IMG/VR virus record: IMGVR_UViG_2523533545_000002 | Coordinates: 2,718-66,717 of that record | From: a virus | Taxonomy: Duplodnaviria > Caudoviricetes | DNA length: 64,000 bases | Direction: 5' to 3' (one strand) | In this document: in pieces, positions 9,265 to 18,229 of the stretch | Numbering within the stretch: position 1 is the stretch's first letter | Layout of the letters: each line of letters begins with the position of its first letter | Made by a program: the position numbers and the translations under genes | Notes under the pieces: generated by a model | The model's input: only the letters and a program-made list of their open reading frames with translations | Databases searched by the model: none | Told to the model about the DNA's origin: nothing

Positions 9265-9833
9265 GATGCCTCCTGCTTGCGGTAGCCAGCGTCGATCATG
9301 GCCTCCACCGCTGCGGCGAGAATGTTCCCGCGCACTAGGTCATTTGGGAAATGCACTTTGGAGTTGATCGTCGTCAGCGCATTGCGAATCTCATGCAGGC
9401 GCTCATCGGCGGCGATCTGCTCGGGCGTGCGGCGTGGTCTAACCCGTTTGGCTTCGTCCCTGTACATGGCAATCTTCTTGCCGCACTGAACAACGCAGAA
9501 GTCTTCGCGACCTTCTGGATCTTCGCCTACCGCAACACAAACGCCGTCGTGCCACTTGTCGAAGTTTTCACAGGCAAACGATGCTTCTACCGGGGTGCCA
9601 ACCGGTGGCAGGCCTTCGCCGTTCCAGCCCGGCTCAGCAGGCCTCGGCACGAGCCTTGCCTTTCTCCATTCAGGGAAAGCCGGGATGTGCTCGAGCCCTT
9701 TGTCGGCATAGCAGCTGTAAAACTCGCCCTTGGTGCTGCCAGGGTTGTAGATCCAGCCGGCCTCAATCTTTGCGTTGCCCGGGCACCAATGCGTTGCGTG
9801 CGGTGGCGCCTTGCTCCAATCAATCTGGCTCAT
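9261..9833 (-). CDS. Phage hypothetical protein (IDWSKAP family)
   Basis: 190 aa with the common phage N-terminus MSQIDWSKAPPHATHW. Confidence 0.7.
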   Translation of the reverse strand: MSQIDWSKAPPHATHWCPGNAKIEAGWIYNPGSTKGEFYSCYADKGLEHIPAFPEWRKARLVPRPAEPGWNGEGLPPVGTPVEASFACENFDKWHDGVCVAVGEDPEGREDFCVVQCGKKIAMYRDEAKRVRPRRTPEQIAADERLHEIRNALTTINSKVHFPNDLVRGNILAAAVEAMIDAGYRKQEAS

Positions 9834-10066
9834 GCTGATTCCCTCAATTGCTCAACGCGTTGAGTGGTGGTGACGAAGACCTTGTCGCGGATGTTGTTCA
9901 GGGTGTGGAGGTCGAAGACTCCGATCTTCTCGAAACCTTCCAGCATCCCGAGGACGAAGGTCTGGTCCGGAACAGGGGTAGGCGACTTAGCGAGCTGGCG
10001 AAGCTGAGACATCACCTCACCAATCGCCAGGGCGTGCATCTGCTCGGGAGTTTTCAAAATCCACAC
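9830..10066 (-). CDS. Phage hypothetical protein
   Basis: 78 aa, coupled in the operon. Confidence 0.6.
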   Translation of the reverse strand: MWILKTPEQMHALAIGEVMSQLRQLAKSPTPVPDQTFVLGMLEGFEKIGVFDLHTLNNIRDKVFVTTTQRVEQLRESA

Positions 10067-10485
10067 TCCCGCTCCAGGCGATCCTGCTCCCGCTCAAGGG
10101 CCACGGCCTTGGCTGCATGTGGGCGCAGCAGGTCGGCGGCGATGTCCTTGAGCGCGTTGCGGCCGCCCAGCAGGTACGTGCACAGGCCAAGGATGAAGCC
10201 AGCGCTGCCGGTGCCCATCCCAGCCATTACCAGTTGGCCGAAGGCGTCCTGCGTATCTAGTCCATCAATCTGTCGCTGATTCAGCCGATCCTGGACCGCC
10301 CGGGCCATGTCGGCTTGGGTGACCTCGCCTTTCTCCCCTTGCCGGTAGCCCCAGCTCACGCGGTAGCCCAGCACCAGCTCGGCGGCGTGTTTGTCGATCC
10401 ACTCGCCCTGGGCGGCATCATCGTCGCGCACCGCAGGCGGGAGCCGGTTGTCGTACTCAAACTGTGCTTTGCGAAGTGCGCCCAT
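10054..10485 (-). CDS. Phage hypothetical protein
   Basis: Start MGALRKAQ with GGAGG RBS. Confidence 0.7.
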   Translation of the reverse strand: MGALRKAQFEYDNRLPPAVRDDDAAQGEWIDKHAAELVLGYRVSWGYRQGEKGEVTQADMARAVQDRLNQRQIDGLDTQDAFGQLVMAGMGTGSAGFILGLCTYLLGGRNALKDIAADLLRPHAAKAVALEREQDRLERECGF

Positions 10486-10505
10486 GGTCGCCTCCAGGTG
10501 GTGGG

Positions 10506-10727
10506 TTACTCGGTGGGTGGGGAGAGGTGTGGTTGCCAATGCGTAACGCGGTGCTCGAAACGCGAGCCATCTCCGTAGCGCCAGTCAATGCCGTTCCAGT
10601 AGAGGAAGCGGGCGCCGTTGAAGGCGCTCTGTGCTTTGCGTGCGGGTGTGTAGGCGATTACCCAGGCCTTGCCGCCACCCTTGGGTAGCTCAGGCATGTG
10701 CTCAGAGCACTTGATCCAGCCGCTCAT
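10506..10727 (-). CDS. DUF551-like phage protein
   Basis: MSGWIKCSEHMPE...VTHWQPHLSPP. Confidence 0.8.
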   Translation of the reverse strand: MSGWIKCSEHMPELPKGGGKAWVIAYTPARKAQSAFNGARFLYWNGIDWRYGDGSRFEHRVTHWQPHLSPPTE

Positions 10728-11032
10728 GGCTTCGCCCGGGCGGCGAGCATGGCGTCGGCGAGGCGGTAGGCGTGATCGGCTATCTCTTGCTCTGTCAGCC
10801 CCCAAGTGTCGTGGTGGGCGCAGATGCCGTTCATTGCCTTGGCTGAGAAGTAGTCGCGAAGGCTCATGCCTGACAGTAGGCGCTTCGCCTCATCAACGGT
10901 TTCTGGCATGAAGGTTTGGTGGTCGTAATCCGCAATCGGGAAGGCTGGCTGCTCGCCCTCCTTGAGAGCATCGTCGTATCGGTGCTGGGCGCCTTCAATT
11001 TGGCGATCCATTTGGGCTGCCATGTATTCCAT
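10724..11032 (-). CDS. Phage hypothetical protein (GMSLRDYF motif)
   Basis: GMSLRDYFSAKAM...AYRLADAMLAAR motif common in phage early genes. Confidence 0.7.
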   Translation of the reverse strand: MEYMAAQMDRQIEGAQHRYDDALKEGEQPAFPIADYDHQTFMPETVDEAKRLLSGMSLRDYFSAKAMNGICAHHDTWGLTEQEIADHAYRLADAMLAARAKP

Positions 11033-11416
11033 TTTGTGATCCTCAGTAGGACCGCATCGGTCAGATGCCAGCACAGGTGACCAACCCGAGCCATGAAGCT
11101 CGCTGGCACATGCCGATACGGTCGATGTGAAGGGAAGGGGATGCGGGATGCATCGGGGTGTGATCTGGCCGGAACTGATCTCCGGCTTGCGAACCATGCC
11201 GAGGTGAACGGCTTGCGCCTACCTCAATGCCAGTTATTACGACCCGGTACCGCGCGGGCATATGAAACTACTTAGCCGGTATCGATCGTTCGCGGGAACT
11301 GTTTGCTTTCAAACCTGCGCATCAGCCTGCGCATTCAGATCACACTCCGATGCAGCCTGGTGATGGGGAACCAGGTGATCGGGCAGTTAACGTCAGACTG
11401 ACGTGGCGCTGGTTGT

Positions 11417-11647
11417 TCAGCCGAATGGGTCGGCAGGCTTCGCGATCGAGCGGACGAACCACATGAAGCCCTGCTGCAGGTTGGTCTTGGCCAAGGCCAG
11501 TAGGCGAGGGTCGACGCCCTCGATCTGGCCGATTTGCTTGAACAGCTCGCCGGCATCAGCCTCCAGGGCCTTGATCGAGTTCATGCCGTCGATTTCGCTC
11601 TGAGTGAGGTCGCGGTAACCGGTGATCTTTTTGTGCTGGTTGTCCAT
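11417..11647 (-). CDS. acb2: Acb2-like anti-CBASS cyclic-oligonucleotide sponge (76 aa)
   Basis: MDNQHKKITGYRDLTQSEIDGMNSIK...RLLALAKTNLQQGFMWFVRSIAKP closely matches the Pseudomonas phage Acb2 N- and C-termini as recalled; GAGGG RBS upstream. Confidence 0.85.
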   Translation of the reverse strand: MDNQHKKITGYRDLTQSEIDGMNSIKALEADAGELFKQIGQIEGVDPRLLALAKTNLQQGFMWFVRSIAKPADPFG

Positions 11648-11705
11648 GGGGTAGCCCTCTGGTTGATTTCCCGTCTGGCCCTGTCGCCAAGGCCAGCCAG
11701 TGAAA

Positions 11706-11927
11706 TCAGGCCTCAATGAAGCCCAGTTGGCACTGAACTTCGGTGACCGCTTCGGCAGGCTCACAGCCGTCGCAGTAGAGATCATGCAGCCATTCTTCAG
11801 CTTCGCCCTGGTCGTCAACGATATAGCGACCGAGGATCTTGCGGGCTTGTGCTATCCAGCGATTCCAGGCGCGGTCTTCTGCGTCTTCGCGGCATTCATC
11901 AGCCGCCATGGTTGCCATGTTGAACAT
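11706..11927 (-). CDS. Phage hypothetical protein
   Basis: MFNMATMAADEC..., GGAGGG RBS; first clear gene of the PL operon. Confidence 0.65.
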   Translation of the reverse strand: MFNMATMAADECREDAEDRAWNRWIAQARKILGRYIVDDQGEAEEWLHDLYCDGCEPAEAVTEVQCQLGFIEA

Positions 11928-12300
11928 CGTGAATCCCTCCGGTTGATTTTCCGGATGCCCCTCGCAAGAAGGGCACCGAGAAAATCTGGTTTTGCAGTCA
12001 CTCCAAGCGCCTATAGATGCCCTTTTAGCTGGACCTTTCAGGGAGACGGTTTGAAGCGCAACCCTCGGTCCGTCTTGCGCGGCCAACCCTGTGTTCCTGG
12101 CTGACTGGCGTTCGTCGTGACGTTGAGCAGGCGAAGGTTCACTTCGCAGTAGCCAGTTCCAGAGCTGGCATGGGGATCGAATTTATTGCTCGCGCTGTGC
12201 CGTTTCCGGGATCGATCCGCGAGGTTCCCATCGATGTGAAAGAGCGGTGAGGCTTGAGGGCCTCCCGAGGGGCTGTGTAGCGCCTCGATGGATGTAAATA

Positions 12301-12339
12301 TGTACCAGAGGTTCATAATCGTCAAGTACCAAAAGTACA
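12301..12339. promoter_or_regulatory. OL operators / PL region
   Basis: TGTACCAGAGGTTCA (12301-15) and AGTACCAAAAGTACA (12325-39) match the 15-bp TGWAC-N5-GTWCA palindromes at OR. Confidence 0.7.
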
Positions 12340-12357
12340 GAATTTTCTTGCGCCCAC

Positions 12358-12381
12358 AAAAAAGCCCGCTCAATGGCGGGC
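12358..12381 (-). terminator. Intrinsic terminator ending the cI-downstream cargo transcript
   Basis: GCCCGC/GCGGGC stem plus U-tract on the minus strand. Confidence 0.65.
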
Positions 12382-12404
12382 CGTAGAGGGGGGGGTGACT
12401 ACTA

Positions 12405-12830
12405 CTACAGAAGGTCAGCGTGGGCTTTCACGCGGTTGGCGGAGGCTTCATAGGCCTGTTCATGTGAGTCTCGATCATCATTGGTTAAATGATCCAAGTA
12501 GTTGAGCCATGAAGCGTACATGTCTGCCAGCTCTGACTCCAAAGAAGGGGCACGCTCAACCTCTGCTTTGTAGAGGGCCTTTCCCTTCTTCTTGGCGTCA
12601 TCAACGCACGCCCTAACAGAGTCCAGGCGGCGATGGTAGGCGTCTGACCAGCGCTTACTACCCTCCCCATATTTCCTGGAGGCTGCGTCAACCTCGGTCT
12701 GTTGGTACATTGCATCAATAGTGCATACAGCCGGCAGCCCTGTCATTTTCTCGAGGTAGGTTGGATCGGCTGCAGCAAAGGCTGACCAGATTGCTGAACA
12801 GATTATCGCTGATCGTAACGTGGTTCGCAT
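12405..12830 (-). CDS. Secreted/periplasmic hypothetical protein
   Basis: Signal-peptide-like N-terminus ending AFAAA-D. Confidence 0.75.
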   Translation of the reverse strand: MRTTLRSAIICSAIWSAFAAADPTYLEKMTGLPAVCTIDAMYQQTEVDAASRKYGEGSKRWSDAYHRRLDSVRACVDDAKKKGKALYKAEVERAPSLESELADMYASWLNYLDHLTNDDRDSHEQAYEASANRVKAHADLL

Positions 12831-12922
12831 GTGAGGTGCTCTTCCTGGGAGGTTCTGATATGACTACCGGAAAGAAATCGGCATTCGGCCGCGAACAATC
12901 CTAAAAGACGGCTTTGGTTTAC

Positions 12923-13333
12923 TCATGAAGCTTGCGAAAGCTCTGATCCACAGTATCTGCATTTAATGGCAGCAGCTTTGATGGTCTCAGCACATTTAGG
13001 GCAGGCTTTCATGCTTGCAACTTCAGCATCTGGCACAACTGTCGGCACAGATTCTGGGGTGGCGATCGTTATCTCGACAGGATCTGGCTTGTTAAGCGAC
13101 CAGACGAAAGCTATAAGCCAGCCGATAAAGGTCCAGCCAGCCAGAAGGTTAAGGCCGAAAATCGCCGTCACCTTTGGATGGTCAATCGCGCAGATCGTTG
13201 GGTAAAAGTACAGTGCAATGGCGGCAGGGAAGAAGACGAACGCGAAAATCTTCGCGATTGCGTTATTACCACTACCAATTGCAATAGAAACCAGGGTTAA
13301 CAATACGAGCCCTAGCAGGCCAGCAATTTTCAT
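12923..13333 (-). CDS. Superinfection-immunity (T4 Imm-like) membrane protein with C-terminal Zn ribbon
   Basis: LYFYPTICA...AIFGLNLLAGWTFIGWLIAFVWSL motif; KACPKCAETIKAAAIKCRYCGSEL. Confidence 0.8.
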   Translation of the reverse strand: MKIAGLLGLVLLTLVSIAIGSGNNAIAKIFAFVFFPAAIALYFYPTICAIDHPKVTAIFGLNLLAGWTFIGWLIAFVWSLNKPDPVEITIATPESVPTVVPDAEVASMKACPKCAETIKAAAIKCRYCGSELSQAS

Positions 13334-13396
13334 TAGAGCGCTCCTTGATGGGGGCTCCATCCTACCACTCTGGCTATCAGCCATCACGTAGGCATG

Positions 13397-13417
13397 AAAA
13401 AGCCCGCCGAGGCGGGC
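13397..13417 (-). terminator. Intrinsic terminator
   Basis: GCCCGCC/GGCGGGC stem plus U-tract on the minus strand. Confidence 0.65.
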
Positions 13418-13435
13418 CCTGCTTATCGCCAGATG

Positions 13436-13954
13436 CTATTGGCCAGAAGACTTGGCCTGCTGTGCCTTGATTTGCTCAAGCAACGCCTTGGCCTCTGCTG
13501 ACTGCTGCTTAACCTCTTGGATTGCAGCAGCTGTATCGCGGCCAGAGTCGAAGTTGGAAACACCGTATGCCATCACAGCAATCACGATGCCTACAATGGC
13601 TATCACGGAGACAATCGAGTTCGTGATGATCGTCCCACGCAACCCCTTGACTCCTGAAAGGTCTTTGTCGAGCAGCTGCAAGCTATGGTTTATCTGGGTA
13701 AACCCGTCTGCAATCCTTCCCTCAAAATCCTTCAGGCGAGCATCTGCCTTGAGTTGCTGGTTCTCAAGGCGCGCATTCAGTTCTTCGCGGGTGATATCGT
13801 TCATAGGCTCAGTATTGCGTAAGGATTGCTCAATGTCACTGACCATCTCTTCGGATGGCCTGCCACCAGCATTAAAGCCAAAACGTCCTGCTGTGCATGC
13901 ATCGAAGCGTTGCTTGACGTCTTCTGCCGATTGTCCTTTGAAAATTTTACTCAT
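13436..13954 (-). CDS. Coiled-coil membrane protein (hypothetical)
   Basis: Coiled coil, one TM helix, coiled coil; coupled to the upstream ORF. Confidence 0.65.
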   Translation of the reverse strand: MSKIFKGQSAEDVKQRFDACTAGRFGFNAGGRPSEEMVSDIEQSLRNTEPMNDITREELNARLENQQLKADARLKDFEGRIADGFTQINHSLQLLDKDLSGVKGLRGTIITNSIVSVIAIVGIVIAVMAYGVSNFDSGRDTAAAIQEVKQQSAEAKALLEQIKAQQAKSSGQ

Positions 13955-14309
13955 TTGGGGCTTGCCCCTCATGCGCGCCAGTCCCGGCCAGGTCTGCATC
14001 AAAGGCGGGATTGTCCGATACCCATTTATGCACGAGGAAAGCGTTATGAAACCTCATGAACCCACAATTCTTGCAGGCATAGGCGAACGTAGAAGCGTAA
14101 TACTGAGGATCTGCGTTTCGGACTAGCAGGCCCATCCTAAGGGTAGGAGAATTCGGGCCGCCGGGGCAAAAGATATCCCAGTCTTCACCATTGCATAGTG
14201 GGCAGCAGTCCTCGGTTCCAATTTTGGCCTCGAGAAACCTTGCGAAGTCCCCTGCATCTACTCTCAGAAAGTCGGATCGGTCTTGAGCAGCATCTTGATG
14301 ATCGGTCAT
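13947..14309 (-). CDS. Hypothetical Zn-binding protein
   Basis: CPLC...CKNCG pairs. Confidence 0.65.
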   Translation of the reverse strand: MTDHQDAAQDRSDFLRVDAGDFARFLEAKIGTEDCCPLCNGEDWDIFCPGGPNSPTLRMGLLVRNADPQYYASTFAYACKNCGFMRFHNAFLVHKWVSDNPAFDADLAGTGAHEGQAPNE

Positions 14310-14534
14310 GTGACCCTTCCCTGTGTTTACTACTTAGTGACTCGCTTGATGTGAAGTGGCGCTCAACAACTATTTACTCATGGGGCATTATCCTTCCCAT
14401 GCACCTTCTCATTGCTACGCCTCTTCACCAGTTTGGTGATGGCTATTTCGCTTTGTCCCGCAAAAGCTGCCCCGCCTCCACCTCATCCCCATACCCCACC
14501 AACCGATACTCCCCAGCCTGCATCACCGTGCAGA

Positions 14535-14858
14535 TCAGACCTCTTTGTCTCTTTTCGAGAGACGCCTCTGGGCTGCATCGATCTCATCAGCCAGCCTGGC
14601 ACTGAATGACCTGACAGGCACACCGCTAATATTCTGGAACGCTAGCGCTATGGATTTGGTGAGTGGTCGGCTTCCATTCAGAAAGCTGTTCACCGTAGTG
14701 GGGCTCACGCCCATTGCGTTTGCCAGCTTACGCCGAGTAATCCGATCGGCCCGAGGCGCCGCATCGTTGAAGTCCTTGAGCGCTTTGCGCAACGCTTCGT
14801 ACTCAATCTCTTCCCATACCCACAAATTTTCACTGTTCATGGAATTCAAGGCCTCCAC
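14535..14858 (-). CDS. XRE-family HTH protein without a peptidase domain
   Basis: ITRRKLANAMGVSPTTVNSFLNGSRPL HTH; lambda-CI-like N-domain ending VRSFSARLADEI. Confidence 0.8.
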   Translation of the reverse strand: MEALNSMNSENLWVWEEIEYEALRKALKDFNDAAPRADRITRRKLANAMGVSPTTVNSFLNGSRPLTKSIALAFQNISGVPVRSFSARLADEIDAAQRRLSKRDKEV

Positions 14859-14897
14859 TCCAGCACTCCGATTGCCTTGAATCTCCGCGTCCTTACG

Positions 14898-15137
14898 TCA
14901 CGGTTTCAGTTCTTGGTTGATGGCCTGGTCCCGGAGGCTGGCCGCATGTTCCTGCAGACGATCTTCACCAGCATGCATCACTTGGCAGATCCTTAGGACC
15001 GCTTGAGCATCTGCCTCATGTCCGGCGAGGCTCAAACGCTCAGCGATTCTCGTCAACTCGACAGCCGACCACTTCAGGTCGGAGGCCAGACCTTGAAGGT
15101 CTCGGCGCAGCTCTTGGTTGGGCTTGGTTAGGGGCAT
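14898..15137 (-). CDS. Conserved small hypothetical protein downstream of cI
   Basis: 79-aa helical protein directly after the cI stop. Confidence 0.65.
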   Translation of the reverse strand: MPLTKPNQELRRDLQGLASDLKWSAVELTRIAERLSLAGHEADAQAVLRICQVMHAGEDRLQEHAASLRDQAINQELKP

Positions 15138-15139
15138 GG

Positions 15140-15892
15140 CTAGAGAACCCCGCCGCGCCAGATCACGCGGCCAAGAATTCGGTGCTCATGGATTTCTCCG
15201 TCAGGAATCTTGAGGTCTGCGTACAGGGTCTTGTCTGGGTTATCACTTCGGACTATCCAGCCTTCCAGGTCGGAGAAGATCAAACGCTTGACGATAGCGC
15301 CTTTGTTTTCGCTGAACAGTGCGAAGACCTGGCCATCTACCGGGTCCACTCGCGACTCATCGATCAAGAGCACGTCCCGATCATTGATCGTCGGCTCCAT
15401 GCTTGAGCCCTGGGCGTAGATCACTTTCAGGTTTTTGGGGTTGAGCCCCATGTACCTGATCCACTCACGCTTGAAGGCCAGCGTTCCGCGAACCTCAACG
15501 TGTTCATTGGTGTGCCCGGGGCCTGCAGATAGAAGGGCGGAGTACTGCTTGATGTGAACATAAGCGTCCTCGGCGTCATCTTCAGTCGGAAAGGCAGGGA
15601 TCTCAGCAGGCTGTACGGACAACGGCCGAGTTTCCAGCGCGGCCCCTTCCTGCATATCGCCACGACCATACTCCAGCCACTCAACGCGAACCTTTAGAGC
15701 TGATGCCAGAGCAAGCATCTTGGCGCCACCCGGCATAGATTCTCCGTTCAGCCACTTGCTGCTGGCCTTGGGCGTAACCCCGGCAAGTTTCGCCAGGCGC
15801 GCACCGGCACCCCACGACGGCATGTCGTTGGCGGCCAGGGCAACCTTCAAGCGCGCCGCGAAGGCCGCTCGTATTTCTTCTATATGAACCAT
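15140..15892 (-). CDS. cI: CI-like repressor (XRE HTH + S24 autopeptidase)
   Basis: HTH (LAKLAGVTPKASSKWLNG), A-G cleavage site (LSAGPG), GSSMEP serine motif, IVKRL lysine; divergent from cro. Confidence 0.92.
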   Translation of the reverse strand: MVHIEEIRAAFAARLKVALAANDMPSWGAGARLAKLAGVTPKASSKWLNGESMPGGAKMLALASALKVRVEWLEYGRGDMQEGAALETRPLSVQPAEIPAFPTEDDAEDAYVHIKQYSALLSAGPGHTNEHVEVRGTLAFKREWIRYMGLNPKNLKVIYAQGSSMEPTINDRDVLLIDESRVDPVDGQVFALFSENKGAIVKRLIFSDLEGWIVRSDNPDKTLYADLKIPDGEIHEHRILGRVIWRGGVL

Positions 15893-15956
15893 AGGTTCAA
15901 TATCGCATGCGCTTGCATGTACTTTCAGTTCCGACATAATATGTACTGACAGTTCA
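15885..15956. promoter_or_regulatory. OR operators (three 15-bp sites) between cI and cro
   Basis: TGAACCATAGGTTCA 15885-99, TGTACTTTCAGTTCC 15918-32, TGTACTGACAGTTCA 15942-56. Confidence 0.75.
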
Positions 15957-15975
15957 TATTTCCATTGGAGGCCCT

Positions 15976-16215
15976 ATGCAGGAGCTCAAGAAGGCAATCG
16001 ATGATGCAGGCGGGGTCACCGCCGTAGCTCTCGCTTGCGGGAAAACGCCGCGCGCCGTCTACAAGTGGCTCACTGCCGGCTGCCTCCCGCGCACCGAATA
16101 CACCGGCGAAACCAAGTACGCAGAGAAGATCGCCGCCCTGGCGAAAGCCAATGGCAAGCCGTTCAAGGCTCAACACCTTTTGGCTTCAACCGCGCCGACC
16201 AAATACGCCGCCTAA
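15976..16215 (+). CDS. cro: Cro-like repressor
   Basis: 79 aa, [28 protein letters not shown], divergent from cI. Confidence 0.88.
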   Translation: MQELKKAIDDAGGVTAVALACGKTPRAVYKWLTAGCLPRTEYTGETKYAEKIAALAKANGKPFKAQHLLASTAPTKYAA

Positions 16216-16243
16216 CCCTTTCAACCGCAAGGAGCAATACCGC

Positions 16244-16438
16244 ATGGCATATCACGACCAAAGTCACCTGAAAGACCGGGAGATTAAGTCGCGTTACGAC
16301 GAGGAAACCTACGAGGCGCTGAAGGCTGTGGCGCGACTCCACAAGCTGCAGCTGGCTGTGTTCGTTCGCATGTGCGTCGAGGAAAAGCTGGAAAGCATCA
16401 TCGAGAGCGATGTTACCGACAAAAGCCAGATGGCCTGA
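16244..16438 (+). CDS. Small ribbon-helix-helix-like regulator (cII position)
   Basis: IKSRYDEETYEALKAVARLHKLQLAVFVRMCV; AAGGAG RBS. Confidence 0.65.
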   Translation: MAYHDQSHLKDREIKSRYDEETYEALKAVARLHKLQLAVFVRMCVEEKLESIIESDVTDKSQMA

Positions 16439-16458
16439 AGGCCCGGAAGGAGGCCTAC

Positions 16459-16695
16459 GTGCCCGAAACCACGATCTGCCATGGGATCGATGGACGCCTC
16501 TACGAGAAGCTTGAGCGGTTGGCAAAGAAGGCGGGTATGTCGCCCGAACAGTACGCCGCACAACTTGGAGCAGAGCGCTTCTTCGAGAAGACCAGGCCCA
16601 GGGGGGCCGGAAAAATCCGAAACCTACCGGTGCCACAAAGGAATCAGGACTCAATAGGGCCTGAAAAAGGAGGGACTGATGAAGGCCCAGATTAG
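16459..16695 (+). CDS. Small DNA-binding-like protein
   Basis: GTG start with GGAGG RBS; LYEKLERLAKKAGMSPEQYA. Confidence 0.55.
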   Translation: MPETTICHGIDGRLYEKLERLAKKAGMSPEQYAAQLGAERFFEKTRPRGAGKIRNLPVPQRNQDSIGPEKGGTDEGPD

Positions 16696-16782
16696 CGAAT
16701 CCGCCGAATCGCGGACACAAAAAAGCCGCCTGGCGGGGCGGCTTCTTCTAAGTACAGCGGTAACTCATCTGTGGGGTGAATC

Positions 16783-17592
16783 ATGACGGAATCGAAACTC
16801 TCAGGCAAGGGGCTAATCAGCCCCGCGCCACAAAATGAAGATAATGAAAACGTGGCGCGGCAAACCATGAGTTCGCGAGAGATTTCCGAGCTCACCGGAA
16901 AACGCCACCCCGACGTGAAGCGCGACATTCAGGCAATGGCTTCCGAGCTGAAAGTCGATGCGAGCAGTTTTGCTCACATTTATCTGGATGGTCGCAATCG
17001 CAGGCAAACCGAATACCTCCTCGATCGCGAGCACACTGAGTGCCTGCTGACTGGCTACAGCGCCATGCTGCGTATGCGCGTAATTCGCCGTTGGCGGGAG
17101 CTGGAGAACATAGTTCTTGATCCGGCCAAGAAGGTGAACGGCGCTAAGGTCAACGGCGAGATCGCGATCTTTGAATGCTACACGCGCCTGCTCAAGCCTT
17201 CGCCTTCCAGCCAAATGGCCATGTTGAACAGAATCGCCGCCAACAACGGCCTGGAATCCAGCTTCTTGCCTAGCTACGCCATCGATGCCGCTCCAGATGC
17301 TACTGGCGGCTCATCTATGCAAACCCTACCTCTAACCGATCTGCTGAAGGATCGGGGCATTCGCAGCACTGCCAGGGTGTTCAATCGGTACCTAGCCGAA
17401 AAGGGGATCATCAAGAAATGCCAGCGCAACAGCACCAAGCGCGGCGTCGTGGAATTCTGGGCGATCACTGAAAAGGGCCTTCATTTCGGCAAGAACCTGA
17501 CCAGCCCTAACAGTCCACGCGAAACCCAGCCTCATTGGTATGTCGAGCGGTTCGATGAACTGGCGGAGCTTGTAGGGAAGGGGCGCACATGA
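16783..17592 (+). CDS. Rha-family / antirepressor with KilAC-like C-terminus
   Basis: MSSREISELTGKRHPDVKRDI...LTGYSAMLRMRVIRRWRELE; C-terminal ITEKGLHFGKN. Confidence 0.85.
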   Translation: MTESKLSGKGLISPAPQNEDNENVARQTMSSREISELTGKRHPDVKRDIQAMASELKVDASSFAHIYLDGRNRRQTEYLLDREHTECLLTGYSAMLRMRVIRRWRELENIVLDPAKKVNGAKVNGEIAIFECYTRLLKPSPSSQMAMLNRIAANNGLESSFLPSYAIDAAPDATGGSSMQTLPLTDLLKDRGIRSTARVFNRYLAEKGIIKKCQRNSTKRGVVEFWAITEKGLHFGKNLTSPNSPRETQPHWYVERFDELAELVGKGRT

Positions 17593-17873
17593 AGCTCGTG
17601 ACAATCGTTGTAGAAAACCCTGTCGACCAGATTCGCCTGGGCATGCGAGTCTCTGGTGGTCGAGTCACTGCCGCTGGAATTGGCGACTACTGCGCCTACA
17701 CAGAGCTCATGGAGGCCGCCAAGGATCTCGTGTTTCTTATCGAGGAAGGAGCACTCCCGCATGACGCGGCTCTCGAAGCTGCGGCTCAGAAAGCACGCGA
17801 CCTTATCACTGCGCTCGAGGATGCCGGGGACGGCCTGCACACCCACGACAAGGCCGTGCGGGGTGCAGCATGA
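17589..17873 (+). CDS. Phage hypothetical protein
   Basis: Overlap-coupled 94-aa ORF. Confidence 0.65.
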   Translation: MKLVTIVVENPVDQIRLGMRVSGGRVTAAGIGDYCAYTELMEAAKDLVFLIEEGALPHDAALEAAAQKARDLITALEDAGDGLHTHDKAVRGAA

Positions 17874-18229
17874 GCGATTTCGTCACCCAGAAGAGCGTCA
17901 AGGCCAGAAAGCAGCACGACTGTAGCGAGTGCAAGGGATTCATCCCTGCTGGGGAGCGCTACATGCTCATTTCCGGCGCCTTTGAAGGCCAGGGCTTCAG
18001 CTTCAAGCGCTGCGGAGCATGCCATCACGCTTTCGTCTGGCTCGACATGACCTTGAGGCTTGGGCCTTTCGGCATGCCGCCAGACGAGGGGATCGAGTTC
18101 GGAGCCCTGCGCGCTGAGCTTGCCGAGTATGCCTGCGAGTCTCGATTCACTGACCCCGAGCCACTCAAGCACCTTCACGGCATGGCCGAGCGCTACACCG
18201 CCGCACAGAACACCAAGGAGGCCCAATGA
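17870..18229 (+). CDS. Phage Zn-binding hypothetical protein
   Basis: ARKQHDCSECKGFIPAGERY...CGAC. Confidence 0.7.
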   Translation: MSDFVTQKSVKARKQHDCSECKGFIPAGERYMLISGAFEGQGFSFKRCGACHHAFVWLDMTLRLGPFGMPPDEGIEFGALRAELAEYACESRFTDPEPLKHLHGMAERYTAAQNTKEAQ

